Part shown: positions 12,712 to 24,500 of the stretch, in pieces
How the letters are laid out: the number at the start of each line of letters is the position of its first letter
How positions within the stretch are numbered: the first letter of the stretch is position 1
Origin: Cycas panzhihuaensis
Lineage: Eukaryota > Plantae > Cycadophyta
Reading direction: 5' to 3'
DNA length: 64,000 bases
NCBI GenBank assembly: GCA_023213395.1
Contig: CM041465.1
Span: 151,473,741-151,537,740, forward strand
Program-made: the position numbers and the translations under genes
The notes under the pieces: model-generated
What the model saw: the letters and a program-made list of their open reading frames with translations, nothing else
The model's database searches: none
What the model was told of the DNA's origin: nothing

Positions 12712-12940
12712 TGTTAAAATATAATGTTTTATCTTAATAATATAAAAGGTAATGTTACAAACCCTTCTTATGTAACCTACACCAGATAAAGTGACATGTG
12801 TCACTCTAGGAGAAGTCGGTTACAAGTCAAGTTGCAATGGTTACAAGAATTGATGTATATTTAAGAAAACTATGTCTCCAAAGGAATACAGGTCACTTCT
12901 AGTTTCTCTTTCAAGTCAGTTGTTTTTTGTAAAACTAACA
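12712..12940 (+). repeat. 3' LTR of Copia-1
   Basis: Follows the PPT and reads tgtta...taaca. Sequence after 12940 switches to Gypsy-2 integrase-tail codons. Confidence 0.8.
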
Positions 12941-13125
12941 ATCGTATAATAGGACTTGTTCCCCTTCTTCAAACTAAGGGCATCTGAGGTAGCAATCATG
13001 CCATGCCTTCTGTCTTATTTTCTCAATCTCTCATAGCCATTATGATTTCTGTCTATCTTCGTCAAGTTGAATCAATTGCCATAGGCGTTCTTGCAAGGAT
13101 TTAGTGTCTGTGAATTCTAGAGGTA
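12941..13125 (-). pseudogene. Integrase C-terminal tail only (Gypsy-2)
   Basis: PLEF...SLQERLWQLIQLDEDRQKS*WL*EIEKIRQKAWHD...FEEGEQVLLYD aligns with Gypsy-1 PLEF...SYDQRLIQLMKLDETRARALWELQIEKKRRKAWHD...YKVNDLVL. Confidence 0.88.
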
Positions 13126-13279
13126 GGTTTCGAGCTTCTTCTTTCTCCCCCCTCTCTTCATTGTCGTTGCCTTCTGTATTTTTAATGTTTTTAATTGACA
13201 TTAAATTCTTTTCTACTTCTCTACTTATAGCCCTTATATTTTTTAATACTTTATAGATTGCTTGGTTATTGGAAGATTA

Positions 13280-13715
13280 TGAAAAGGCTTTGGTAAATGA
13301 ATGTTCTATTTCTTCCCATGCTACCAGTTGGACTTGTTCTTGCCTTAAGAACCATGTTTTTGGTTCCCAAGGTGTGGATAAAAAGATGGCTCCAATGTAG
13401 CTTAGGAATGCTCTAATGCTTCCACAACCTTCTGCACCTAAGGAGATGCCTATTAGGGCATTCTTCTACCAAAAATCCTACAATTAGTAGGTTCTGGGGT
13501 GGGTCGAACCTAAGTCTGAAGGTTGATTGCAAACTTTCCCAGGTTTGAAGGGTATGGTGATGGGCTATGTACCACCACCATGCATGGTCATGAAGGATAG
13601 TTACAAAATAAAAAATCCACTGTGTTTTGTCTAATACCTTGTAGTTGAACCAATGTTCCATGTATTGGATTAAGTGTTTTGTACCTTCCATTTTCTTTCA
13701 TGAAAATTAGGGTAG
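13280..13715 (-). pseudogene. Two tandem capsid(Gag)-like modules downstream of protease
   Basis: Module A: QWIFYFVTILHDHAWWWY...LQTWESLQSTFRLRF. Module B: HWSHLFIHTLG/EPKTWFLR...VAWEEIEHSFTKAF. Both fit the Retrotrans_gag L-x3-A-x2-W[YF]...W-x2-[LI]-x3-F-x3-F pattern. Confidence 0.72.
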
Positions 13716-14439
13716 TTGTTTTTGTCTTTTGGTTTTGTCTTCTGGTATAAGTTCAGTGAGGTGGGTGGTTTCTATTAACCCTTGAAGGCTATCCTCTATT
13801 TTGCTCTTACTAGGAGGGTTCATAGAAAGGGATCTTGGGGAATTCAGGGAGGCATTTTGGTCAGAGATGGGGTATTCTACCTCAACCTCTTGCCTTTTGG
13901 TAGAGGGGTTTGGAAAGGTTTCCTTAGAGTTGGGAAGGAGATTGGCCAGATCTCCTGAATCGGCTTTGGGGATGGGAAGTGGGGATGAGGGGTTAGGGAG
14001 GGGGTAGGGACGGGGATGAGGTGAAAGAGGGGTCTTAGGAGTTAGCAAATTTACACGCACTTTGTTTTTTACTTGAAATTCAACTTCTACTAGGTTACGA
14101 TCAAATGATTCATTAAGATTTTTGACACACGTATAATCTAAATTGTTATTTGATTCATTGTCAATTGAAAAGCATTTTGATAACAAATTATAGCGAAATG
14201 AAGAGGGTTATATTTTGTACGAGTTATCCATCCAATATCTAACCATGTTTCTAGTCTCTTCCTCATCAGATGATGCTTCTGATGGCAACTCCCCATAAAT
14301 GTTGGGCTCGTATTCTTGAGCATCATTCATACGGTTGACTTCTTCTGTTGTATGGTATAGGTTGGCTTCGTCGAAGGTGGAGGAAGTTTCTTGTGTGGCA
14401 ATTGTTGTGCTAGATGCATCGTCTAGAATCACCTCTACT

Positions 14440-14850
14440 ATGTACTTGCCTTTTGCCAGCATGGGGAGGATGACTTTGTTTCTTCCATCCATAAGAGTGA
14501 AGGTTACATCTCTCCAACTTTGCAAACATTTTGTATGGTACTATGATCTCCTTAACAATGTCGGGTAGGTGACCATGTCTTTGACGATATCCACGATTGT
14601 GAAATCGACGGGGATGATAATGCTGGCTACATTCACTTGAATATTCTCCATAATTCATTGGCCAACTTCAATGAGTAATTCGTAGGTGATAACTGTGGGT
14701 TTCCTAGCTTTTACCATGTTTGAGTTGGTAATATATTCACGGCTGCTTCTCCGTCTACAATAATGTTTTTGAGGTTTACCCCTAAAATGTTTATATCTAT
14801 TGATGGGTCCAGGTCACAGGATGGTTTGATCTTGTGTAGGCTTTAATAGG
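14440..14850 (-). pseudogene. Gypsy-2 aspartic protease
   Basis: NIIVDGEAAVNILP at ~14725-14767. Confidence 0.82.
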
Positions 14851-15229
14851 CTTCTTTCAGATGTATCTTTCCTCCTTTTATCCATTCAATAACTCTCCCC
14901 AATGGAATGGTTAAGTTCAGTTGTTTGACTAAGTCCTCCATGAGTATCAATTTTTGCAAGAGTTCCTCTGTCTTGGGGCTTTCTTTCAAGTTCTAAGGTA
15001 ATGGTTGCTCTTCTGCTTTCTTGTTCTTCCTCTGATACACTTGTTTTATTTCCAGTTTCCCTATAGGTAGTGATTTGATTTCTTCCTCCTGTGCAGCTTT
15101 TTCTAGTGCTTTCTTGGCAGCAACAAAGTGGTCAATTTCCACCTTTGGGTTATGGTAGTCTTTCTCTCCTTAATTTTTCCGATTTTGTAGGTTGACATTT
15201 TTTGGGGATCTTGCTATGATCGTCACTCC

Positions 15230-16945
15230 ATTTAGGGCCTTACCCTTGCCTTTGCACTCCTCGGTGGTAAGTGCTTGGACCACAATTTTTACATAGGTAT
15301 GGACATTCTTTCTGGATCTTTGCTACTGGGCAGTCAGACTTTCAGTGCCCATACTCCAAACATATCAGACATCTTCCCAATAGAGGTTTCTTCCTTGGGT
15401 TCTCTGGTTGCGTCCTTGTTGTATATATTGTTCGAGTATTCAGATTATTTCTCCCTCGCCCTCTTCCTCCGGCGTTGGTGCCTCTGGTATTGAAATAACA
15501 TTCCCGCGTATTATGTGTTCCTTGGTCGCAAATATGGCACCAAGTATTCTATTTGCAATTTTGATCAATTGAGAAACGGTGTCACATTTGTGAAGAGGAT
15601 ACTCACACCATGAAGGAATGTGAATGTAATGCACAATCAATCAATTTACAAAACTCAATCAATCATTCCTAAGAGCTTCTATCTCTGTACTCTCCTCTAT
15701 CTTAGCCATTTGAAATAGGGGTCTATTGAGGTTTTGTGTCTTCAATTCATTTATTTCTTCTTGCAACCTCATAACTAAGGGGTCATAGGCTATTCTTTTG
15801 GTATCTATCTCTTTCTTAAAGTCCAGGGCCAATTCCTGCACGTGCTCGTATGATTTTAAGGGATGCGACACCATTGCATTCCTTAGCTTGGCATTCAATC
15901 AATTTATAAAGAAGGTACGCATACTTAAGTCCGTGATCTTCTCATTGTTTGTCATGGCAACAACAATCATATCTATTCTGCTAATGTATGTCATGACGGA
16001 CTCCCCTAGCTTCTGTTGTATTTCCCTTAGGGTTAATTCTATGATGTCATTGTTTCTATACTTTGAAAACCTTGTTTTGAACTCTTTTTTAATTTCATTC
16101 TAGGATTTGTGTGGGTCTAACTGTTTATACCATGTTAATGGTACACCCCTTAATGAGTACGCAAATCTCTCCTTGATTTCATCCTCGTCTGTGATTTTCT
16201 CAAGACTGATCAACCTCTAGAATAGGTAAATATATTCTGTGGCATCAGTAGAGTCATCAAAAATGAGTTTTCCAAACTCCCTATGGTGTGCCATTGTAGA
16301 ATTATTCCTCCCCTCCTTCCTTCGAGGTGGAGTTGTTGCCTTTCCTTCCGAGAACTTTTTGTAGGATCTCCTTAGTGGTGTTTCTTCCCCACTATTCCCT
16401 TTCCCGTATAAGGGGTTACGTATGGGTGATTTTAGTTGAATTATCCTTGGTATTCCAGGTATCTTCGCCGCTACTAGAGTTGTTATTATATATGATTGAT
16501 CCCTGCTACCCTCTGGTGGATCTTCAAAGAGTTGTCTAATCAAATGATTTTCCCAACGTGCCTGGGGACCTTCCTTTGCCTTTTCCTCATTGCCACTTAG
16601 GTCCTTCGGAGTTGAGTCCAAACTTTGTTCCATCTTAGGGTATTTTGTTTCTTCTTCCTCCTCCAAAATATCGTTCCCTTTGTTGTGATATTTCTCTGGA
16701 GCAAGTATGATTGTCATGGGCTCCCCTTGGCCTCTATTTTCTATTTATCATGGTGTCTAGGCTCCACTTGCCTCAGATCCTTCCACTGATTCATTTTGTT
16801 CTTCTTTTTTATCGATATTTAATCTCCTTACTCTTCTTAGCTTCTTTTCTTGGGACCATCTTAAGGCTCTCTGCCTGCTTGATTCTGTTATTCCCTGAAG
16901 TTTTATTTGTGATTCCTCTGCCTTCGAAGGCCCTTTAGGTGGCAT
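15230..16945 (-). pseudogene. Gypsy-2 gag (capsid plus zinc knuckles)
   Basis: FAYSLRGVPLTWYKQL...EFKTRF...QQKLGESVMTYISRI (Retrotrans_gag pattern); CLICLEYGH*KSDCP knuckle at ~15330-15375. Confidence 0.88.
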
Positions 16946-17065
16946 TGGAAGGTCCCCCTGGTTGTCTAGGATTAGTTAGAGCCTGCCATCATTGTGACAG
17001 CCAGGGTGACTTGTCCTTTGCACATGGATTTTTTTTGGCTTTTCTTCCCTCCGCTAGTGGACTTA

Positions 17066-17078
17066 GGCAACAGAACCA
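17066..17078 (-). promoter_or_regulatory. Primer-binding site, tRNA-Glu type (TGGTTCTGTTGCC)
   Basis: Identical to the Gypsy-1 PBS core; adjacent to the LTR. Confidence 0.75.
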
Positions 17079-17079
17079 A

Positions 17080-17836
17080 TGTTGACTACTGATTTGTTCC
17101 TTATTTCAAGATCTTCACTCATCAAGGGTTTCCACTATAGTCTAGGGTGTGTGCACGTGGTCAACATACATAACCTTCATTTATTAAGCCATATAAGTCC
17201 ACAAGTAACTCACACACATCCATTCACCATGCATTCCTCAATGAGTACACATGCTTTTCCACGTAACTCTTATTATTTCATTAGGCAATAGTCAGTATTA
17301 CATCATACAAGATCCATTCTAGTTTGACTAGTCAACCATACTAGATCAGGTTTTGCTAGAATCACTAACTTGGCTCTTACACCCATTCCAATGGGCAAAT
17401 GTGTTTTTATACACTGAGCATTCCTATTACAGAACGATTACGTCTAATAGTTGCAACCGTTTGTTTTCCCGAATGGATGCCTGTTCCATCCTTAACCGTT
17501 CTTCGTTAACCTCTTAATACATTCCTTAATCCATACGAATGTCCACGTGTCATTTGCATTCCATCTATCGTTCCTCTACTGGGCCGCAACCATTCTTTTT
17601 TGTGCTCAGTGTGTTCCTGCATTCTTCGTCTATTCCCGCATACAACATTTGTTCCTGCAGTGGAATGGACTGCGTTCTATGCATTGTTTAGTCCATTCTC
17701 TGTTCCAAATACATGCCAAATGGTTGCCCTGCAAAATACCCATTGTTTTGTCTGGTTTTTGTCACACACTCCCTCTAACGAATGCATGGGTGTCAATTAT
17801 AACCGCAACAACCAATATGTAGTTAAATTGTCAACA
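17080..17836 (-). repeat. 5' LTR of Gypsy-2
   Basis: 7-bp terminal inverted repeat tgttgac/gtcaaca; PBS immediately inside. Confidence 0.8.
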
Positions 17837-19289
17837 GTTAGTTTGACAAGTCATGCTAAGGGGTTTTGTTGCTCTAGGTATCATTGGGCATGAAATGAAG
17901 ATTCGTCTTCCTCCTCAGCTCTGCGTTTGGCTTGGGCTATCCTTGTTTAACCTTGTTTCAACTTTATTCACATTCACAATGATTTTTCTTTGTGTTTCAA
18001 TGATTCACATTGCTCTCTAGCGTGTATGTGCTCAGTGTGTTTACGGACTTTGCATGCTTCCATTTGGCCTGTTGCATGTAATTCCTTTGTATGTGGGCAT
18101 CTCTGCACTTAATGGATTGAATGTGTGCCTAAGCCTACCTTAGTTAAGGTATATGGATCATCTCTGATAGGACTTCTCCGATTAGGCATTTAATGGGTCA
18201 CTGCATGTTTGTGTTATTGGCATGCGTTTCTCTACTTCTGTTTTGCATTGGGCGTTAGTGTCCCCTTGTTCTTTTGCGTGAGTGTGTGGGTGTTTGATGG
18301 CTTCAATGTCTGATCCTCTGTGTGATGACTAGCAAATAGTCTTATAATTTTTATGTCTTAGTATATTTAGCTTTGGGCATTTGGCTCCTCTTTGTGTGAG
18401 GCATCTTTGATTCTTGTCTCTACATCCTTTCACTTGTATTCTTATAGCCTTGCATTTAATCTTTCTTCTTTGATCTTTGTGGAATTGATCTAAAAAATGT
18501 TTGATTGCCCATCTCTATTGCATGATTGATCTATCGATCAATATCTTTATTGCAGGTCACAAGAAGTTCACATAGGTTACGTGACAGCCTTCAAACGAAT
18601 TTTGATTTTATATATAGTTTCCAAATTATATGTTATGTATTTTAGAATATTCCTTCTTTAATAAAAGGCTTTCTCAAAAATTTTCAAAAGAAAAATCTTT
18701 TTAATATTTTTTGATTAAGAGATTATGAGCTTTTATAATCAATGTTTTAACAGAGTACAATATAGACCCTAGTACCCAACTTTCACTCAATATTGCAGAG
18801 ATGCTTTTCACCACTAGAGATCATAGCCCTTTGATTTTAATAGTCACCAATAGAGAACATCTTCAACCCGGTCACTATACAATTATTTGTTATTGGAGAA
18901 AATCAAGCATTTATACTTTAATGAGAGAATATCAAATTAGAGGTCTTCAACTATCCTTTTCCTTAGAGACTATTTTATCTACTTGCATGTGACTTTTTCC
19001 ACCTACATGTGACATATGTCTACCTACATGTTTCAACAAGCTTGCAAATTGGTGTCTGACAGCATGCATGCACATATTTCTTATTACATTTCTTTGTTCA
19101 ATCCTACAAATAGTATTCAATTGCCTACAATTTAAACTCTACAATATGCATGTTAAAAATTATCTCAAAAAATTGAATAGCTCAGCTAATAAACCATAAT
19201 TGAATGCATGTCAAGTATATTAATACTTAACATTAATCAAAGGCAATGTATAAACAACAATTACAATTGAGAATGCACCATGAAATCTA

Positions 19290-19659
19290 GCTTTGATACC
19301 AAGATGTTGTAGTAAGGCATGCAATAAGAACAATAATTGATAGGATTAACCATCAAAACCTTAGAAATTGATTCTAAAATTTTTTATTTAATCTCTATTC
19401 AACAAAGTCTCACATTACAATTGACTCAATAATCCTTCTTATTCATTCACTTATTACAAATGACCTATACGTACTATATACAATAATAAATAGAATAATA
19501 ATCCTATCTGTCTTAACACATGCGAGGTGAGAGTTGTAACCCCCATTGACTCATTACTTCACAAATATAAAATAATCCTAGCTAATATAATACAAAAATT
19601 AAAGGGGAGGTCCATAACCTAAGGTTATGAACCCACGAAATAAACATTAAAGTCTAACA
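19290..19659 (-). mobile_element. 5' LTR (19305-19659) plus tRNA-iMet PBS of a decayed minus-strand LTR element
   Basis: gctttgatacca (reverse complement of TGGTATCAAAGC) at 19290-19301, next to tgttg...taaca. Confidence 0.55.
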
Positions 19660-19844
19660 AGAAAGCGTAGAAAAACTTGATCTCTAGGGAACCAATCAAG
19701 CTAAGGAGAAGGCATTTGATTAGAAAGAGTGAGTTGATATCAAGTAGAGGAAAACCGCATCAATGTAATAATCAAGAAGTAACGGACTTTGGGATATGAA
19801 GGTGCATCTAGAATTCATTAACCTAGATAAGAGCAAAAACAGGG
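19660..19844 (+). pseudogene. Probable N-terminal piece of the chromovirus gag
   Basis: Reads ...MKVHLEFINLDKSKNR, which joins DVRS*VAKLEIYF at 39595 once the hAT is removed. Confidence 0.45.
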
Positions 19845-21595
19845 AAATGTGGCAACACCAATTTCCAAAAATTTCCAAAACACAATCTATATATTTATCT
19901 ATAAATGTATGTGTGTGTGTGTGAAAAAATACATATTAAATCAATATTCTATGTATTTAAAAATAAATAATACAAAATTGAAACATAAATTAGACATGCA
20001 TTTACATAATTGAGGCACTACTATTACAAAATATCGAAATGACATTAAGATTCGGGTACAAATTTAGGATGTACATCAAATATATTATCATACATCAAAA
20101 AAATCATCAAGATCTTCAAAAGAACTATCTCAATGGGACAATGTAGTAGTTGTTGGACAAGATCATTCTCATAGAGAAAGTGATATAGGAGTAAAACTAA
20201 GAAATGAGAAGTGAAAAGGATCAAAGACGTGAAAGTGTTCAAATTCCAAGCTTGTGCTTTTGGGATCAACATCCCAAAACTATGAAAGGCCCTTCCTTTG
20301 TGAAATCCTCTTTCCCATGAGAAAGAAGGTGAAGGTTGAAGTGTATAACCACTAAGTCCTTAGACTTACTTGGCACCAACTTGTTTATCTTCATAGAGTA
20401 AGTAAAGTCATATATATTTTAATTCATCTCTACTGAAGAGGAGCTTGCCATTAGTAAAAGAGCTTGAATGGCAAGCAATTTCATCATCTTATCCCTTGTG
20501 TCACTAATTGTCCACCATAAGACTCGATCCATTTTGTTCCTACCCATTAATGCCTGCACATTTCCAACCACTGGGTCAATCACATTAGCAAAATTGGCAA
20601 ATTCTTTTCGAATTTACAAGGCATCATCAATATCTAGAAACAATATTTTTAGTGGCCTATCTAAAACCATTGGAGACCTCATTGCCCTTGTGTGGTGGTT
20701 TTTTGTTAACACCTAACATAATGAAGAAAATGTCATAATACCTTGGATTTAGTGCATAGGCCAAGGTGTGCAAGTGGGTGTTGAATTTATCCCACTCTGC
20801 ATTTATTATGCCATGAATCTCTCTCCAAACATCTTCATAATGAAGCCTCTTTGAAAAAAAATTGGCATCGTGGACCTATTTGATCATTGTGCTAATGTTA
20901 TTATTGATTTCCCCCAAATAAGGCTTGTTTATATTGGTCTTGTGAAGTAAGGTTATTATGGGCTCCCATATATTAAGGATGAACTTTACATCCTTCCGCT
21001 AAATCTTATCAGAATTATTTTGCATACAATCAATGCCTTTTTAGTATTAGCTTGCCTCCAAGATTGCCATTTTGGACTTCTGACCACATGCACTGATTCA
21101 CTCTTAACCTCAACCAAACACCTCAACACAATGTAATGAAAAGAAAAATTGGCATTTACAACCTTCAATAACTCTAGTATTGAATGTTATTGAAAGATAG
21201 ATTGGGAGGCATGGTGGTTGGTGACAAATTTCTAGACCTCTCTTGCTTTCTCACAAACCGCCTTGATCATTGTTAGATGTGGTGAGCCTCTTGTCCTGCC
21301 ATTTCCTTCAACTTTAGGTTCAAACTATGGTCAATGAAAGGGGTCTAAAAGACATGTTGGTACTTTCCCTTCACCAACATATTAATGGCTCTACAAACAT
21401 GAGCATTATCTATGATCACTTGCATAACATTGTGAGCATCCATAGATTCTATTGCTTGAATGAGAATGCTAGCAATAAAATCTACATTCTTCTTCTCTCC
21501 TATGCTATCAATCACCTTGAAGAACACAACACCTTTGGGTGACATCCAATGGCATTCATTAGTGGCTTATTAACTTGATCAGTCCACCCATCTAC

Positions 21596-24500
21596 TATTA
21601 AAGAAATAATAATGTTCTATCTTTTGTCTAAAGTTTTCTAAGGTAAAGCTAAGGGTTATGTGTCCAACCACTCTTTGATATACTTGTTACACTTGGCCAA
21701 CATGCATTGGGCCTTCTGTATACACATGATGTATTTATATGAAATATTTCCTCTCCTAATTAAAAAATAGAGTCATTGTCTTCTAAATCATTGATTGTTC
21801 TAACATGGTATCAGAGCAGGTCTAAAGGGGCTAAGGCTGAGACTATCTAGAGTCAAAATTTGTTAAAAGAAATTTGAGAAATAATAGTTGGTGAAGATTC
21901 TCAAGAAGAAAAGGACACTGTACAAATAGAGATAACATTGGTATAACACAATATGGAATAGTACGAAACCATATGGCACTATACGAACTTATTTCAAAGT
22001 GCTTAGAATTGGACTAAATTTGGAGGAAAGATTTGTCTCATTGAATAAAACAATTTGTCCAAAAGGATCAAGCTTAAATTTGCAGTAGCTAAGCAGGAAA
22101 ACAAGGATTTATAGTGGGCACCCATCAAATCATTGTGTTGCATATTTTTCTCTTTCTTGTCAATTTTACTAGGTAAAATTACACTCAAAATCTTTGTCTT
22201 GATAGTATGATTCATTTGACTGCAAGTTTGAAGAATTTCACTAGATATTTTTCAAGTTACAAGAAATTTTTTCTCTCAAACCTTATGACAATCGTACACT
22301 TTCAAAGCAATTTCTAAAGAATCCAGGAAAATTATTATAGATTCTTAAAGCCCTAGACAACAACTTTCATTTGAGACCATTCTTTCTCAAATCCATGCAC
22401 CTATACTTTTCCATATAGACTTATACAGTTGTAGGGTTGTATGCCCAGAACCTAGTTTGATGAGTCCTTCTTATTCCTGTGTTTACAAATATCAATTACT
22501 TCTTAAAAGTAGCCTCCCCATTTTATCTTTGTGAAGCAGCTAAACTAAATAGACAAAATTACAACATTTGGAAGGTAAAAATGTAGGGTTTACAGATGGC
22601 CAAAAATGCCTGGGAGATAGTGACAGGCAAAAAAATCAAATCAACTAATGTTGCACTCATAAGAAGTTGGGAAGAATGAGATAGACTGGCGTTATCTGCA
22701 ATATTGCTATTTGTAGGAGATGCCATAATAATCCATGTTAATTCTGTCACCTCTTCATCCCAAGCCTAAAACATTTTAGCCTCATTATATAGTGGGAAAA
22801 ATGAAGTACAAATCATCTCACTTAGAGAACAATTATATAGAATTAATATCACAGAGGGAGACAGTATCTGACCTTACAACAAATATTGTTGAAATAAAAA
22901 ATGGCTTAGCCTCTGCAAAAGAAATTTTAATAAATGCTAAACTTGTTTAATTAATTATTAATAAATTGCCAAAATCTTTTAATGCCATGGTAAATACTCT
23001 TACCATAGAAGGTCATACTACAAACATGTCATTTAATACTTTAATAGGTCATATGCTACAACAAGAGCAAAGAAACAAACAGTATGAGGAAGACACAGAC
23101 ATTGAGGAAGTGTTTGCATCAAAGTTAAATCTAGAAGGCAGAGGACGAGCGAGAAACATATGGAGAGGACATGTCAGGAACTCAAGAGGATGGGCCAGAT
23201 CTACGGCTAGATCAACTTTTTCACTAGAAGAAGAGGGAGAAATTATGTTCATCACAACTCTCTCTGTACGCACCAACAAAGACAAAGATTGGTACATAGA
23301 CTTAGGAGCATCAAATCATATGACGGGCAAGAAGAAATGATTTGAAACACTGTGACCATACCTCCTCAACAAATTAGTTGAACTTGGTGATAAGTTTCCT
23401 TTGCAAATCTAGGGGAAAGACATTGTTGTTGTTCAAATAGATAGAAAAATCAAAAAATTGGAGAAGTTTTATATGTACCCGGTTTAAAAAGAAATATGTT
23501 ATCTATATCCCAATTAAAGAAGAAAAGACTACAAGTAGTCTTTAATGTAGATAGGATCTATCATATCCATGACACAAAGAAAATTTTAGTTATAATAACA
23601 AAAGGGATTGAAATTAGAAATCTCTATAATCTGATTTCAACACCTATTTTGTCTAACTCTTCTGTAAAATTCTTTGTTGTTAACAACACTGTTAATAAAA
23701 TTTGGCATTCCATGTATGGGAATATTGCAAACAGGAGATTGAAATTACTAAAAAATCAAATATGGTGGATGGATTACCTAGCATGTCTTTTGAATCATTT
23801 GTATGCAAAATCTATATGATGGAAAGAATCATCGCATCCCTTTTCAACAAAGCACATGGAGAGCACAAAAAAATTGGAATTAATTCACACAGATTTATAT
23901 GGGCCAATAACACCAAATTTAATAAATGGAGCCAAGTACTTTATCATATTCATTGATGACGTCTCCAGAAAAACTTGGGTTTATTTTCTCTCTAACAAAT
24001 CAGAAGCTCTAGATTACTTCAAAGAATTTAAAGCACAAGCAAATTGGAAAGTGAATACAAGATCAAGATCCTTCATTCAGATAAAGGAGGAGAATATAAC
24101 TCAAAATACTTTTGTCAATTATGTAAAAAGAATAGGAAATAGAAACAATTGATGACTCCATATACACCCCAATTAAATGGGGTAGTTGAGTGTATAAATA
24201 GGATAATTATGGAGATGGAACGAAGCATGATTAGCATAAAGGGATTGACAAACACGTACTAGGCAGAAGCTGTCAACACAACAGTCTATCTTATCAATAG
24301 AAGCCCAACACAAACTTTGGATAAGATAACTTTTAAAGAAGCCTGAACAAGGAGAAAACCAAATGTAAGTCATCTTAAAATTTTTGGAAGCAAAGCTTAT
24401 GTTTACATTCTTGATAAAAGAACAAAGCTAGAAGAGAAAAGTTTGGAATGCATAATGGTTAGATATAGTAATTAATCCAAAGCATATAGATGCATAGATC

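Larger units (their letters stand above)
1..12940 (+). mobile_element. Ty1/Copia LTR retrotransposon 'Copia-1' (5' LTR off the left edge), interrupted by a Gypsy insertion at 2420-11004
   Basis: Domain order is gag, PR (WYIDSGASRHM), GAG-pre-integrase, IN, RT, RH. PPT aagagaggg at 12703-12711, then a TG...CA LTR at 12712-12940. Confidence 0.95.
12941..17836 (-). mobile_element. Non-autonomous Gypsy 'Gypsy-2' (gag-PR-extra capsid-like x2-IN tail); 3' part displaced off-window by Copia-1
   Basis: LTR TGTTGAC...GTCAACA, PBS core identical to Gypsy-1, gag and PR motifs, integrase C-terminal motif at 12941-13125. Confidence 0.88.

Noticed and set aside
12941-13300. Idea that the Gypsy-2 RT/IN simply lies left of the window
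   Set aside because: The integrase C-terminal tail is already reached at 12941-13125, so the RT and IN core are missing upstream of it.
18540-18590. Possible host micro-exon (ttgcag|GTCACAAG...ATAG|gt)
   Set aside because: Isolated splice-like motifs with no other exons or supporting ORF.
19835-19860. Exact hAT TIR and 8-bp TSD, and LINE TSD
   Set aside because: No convincing matching pair could be read, so those boundaries are left approximate.
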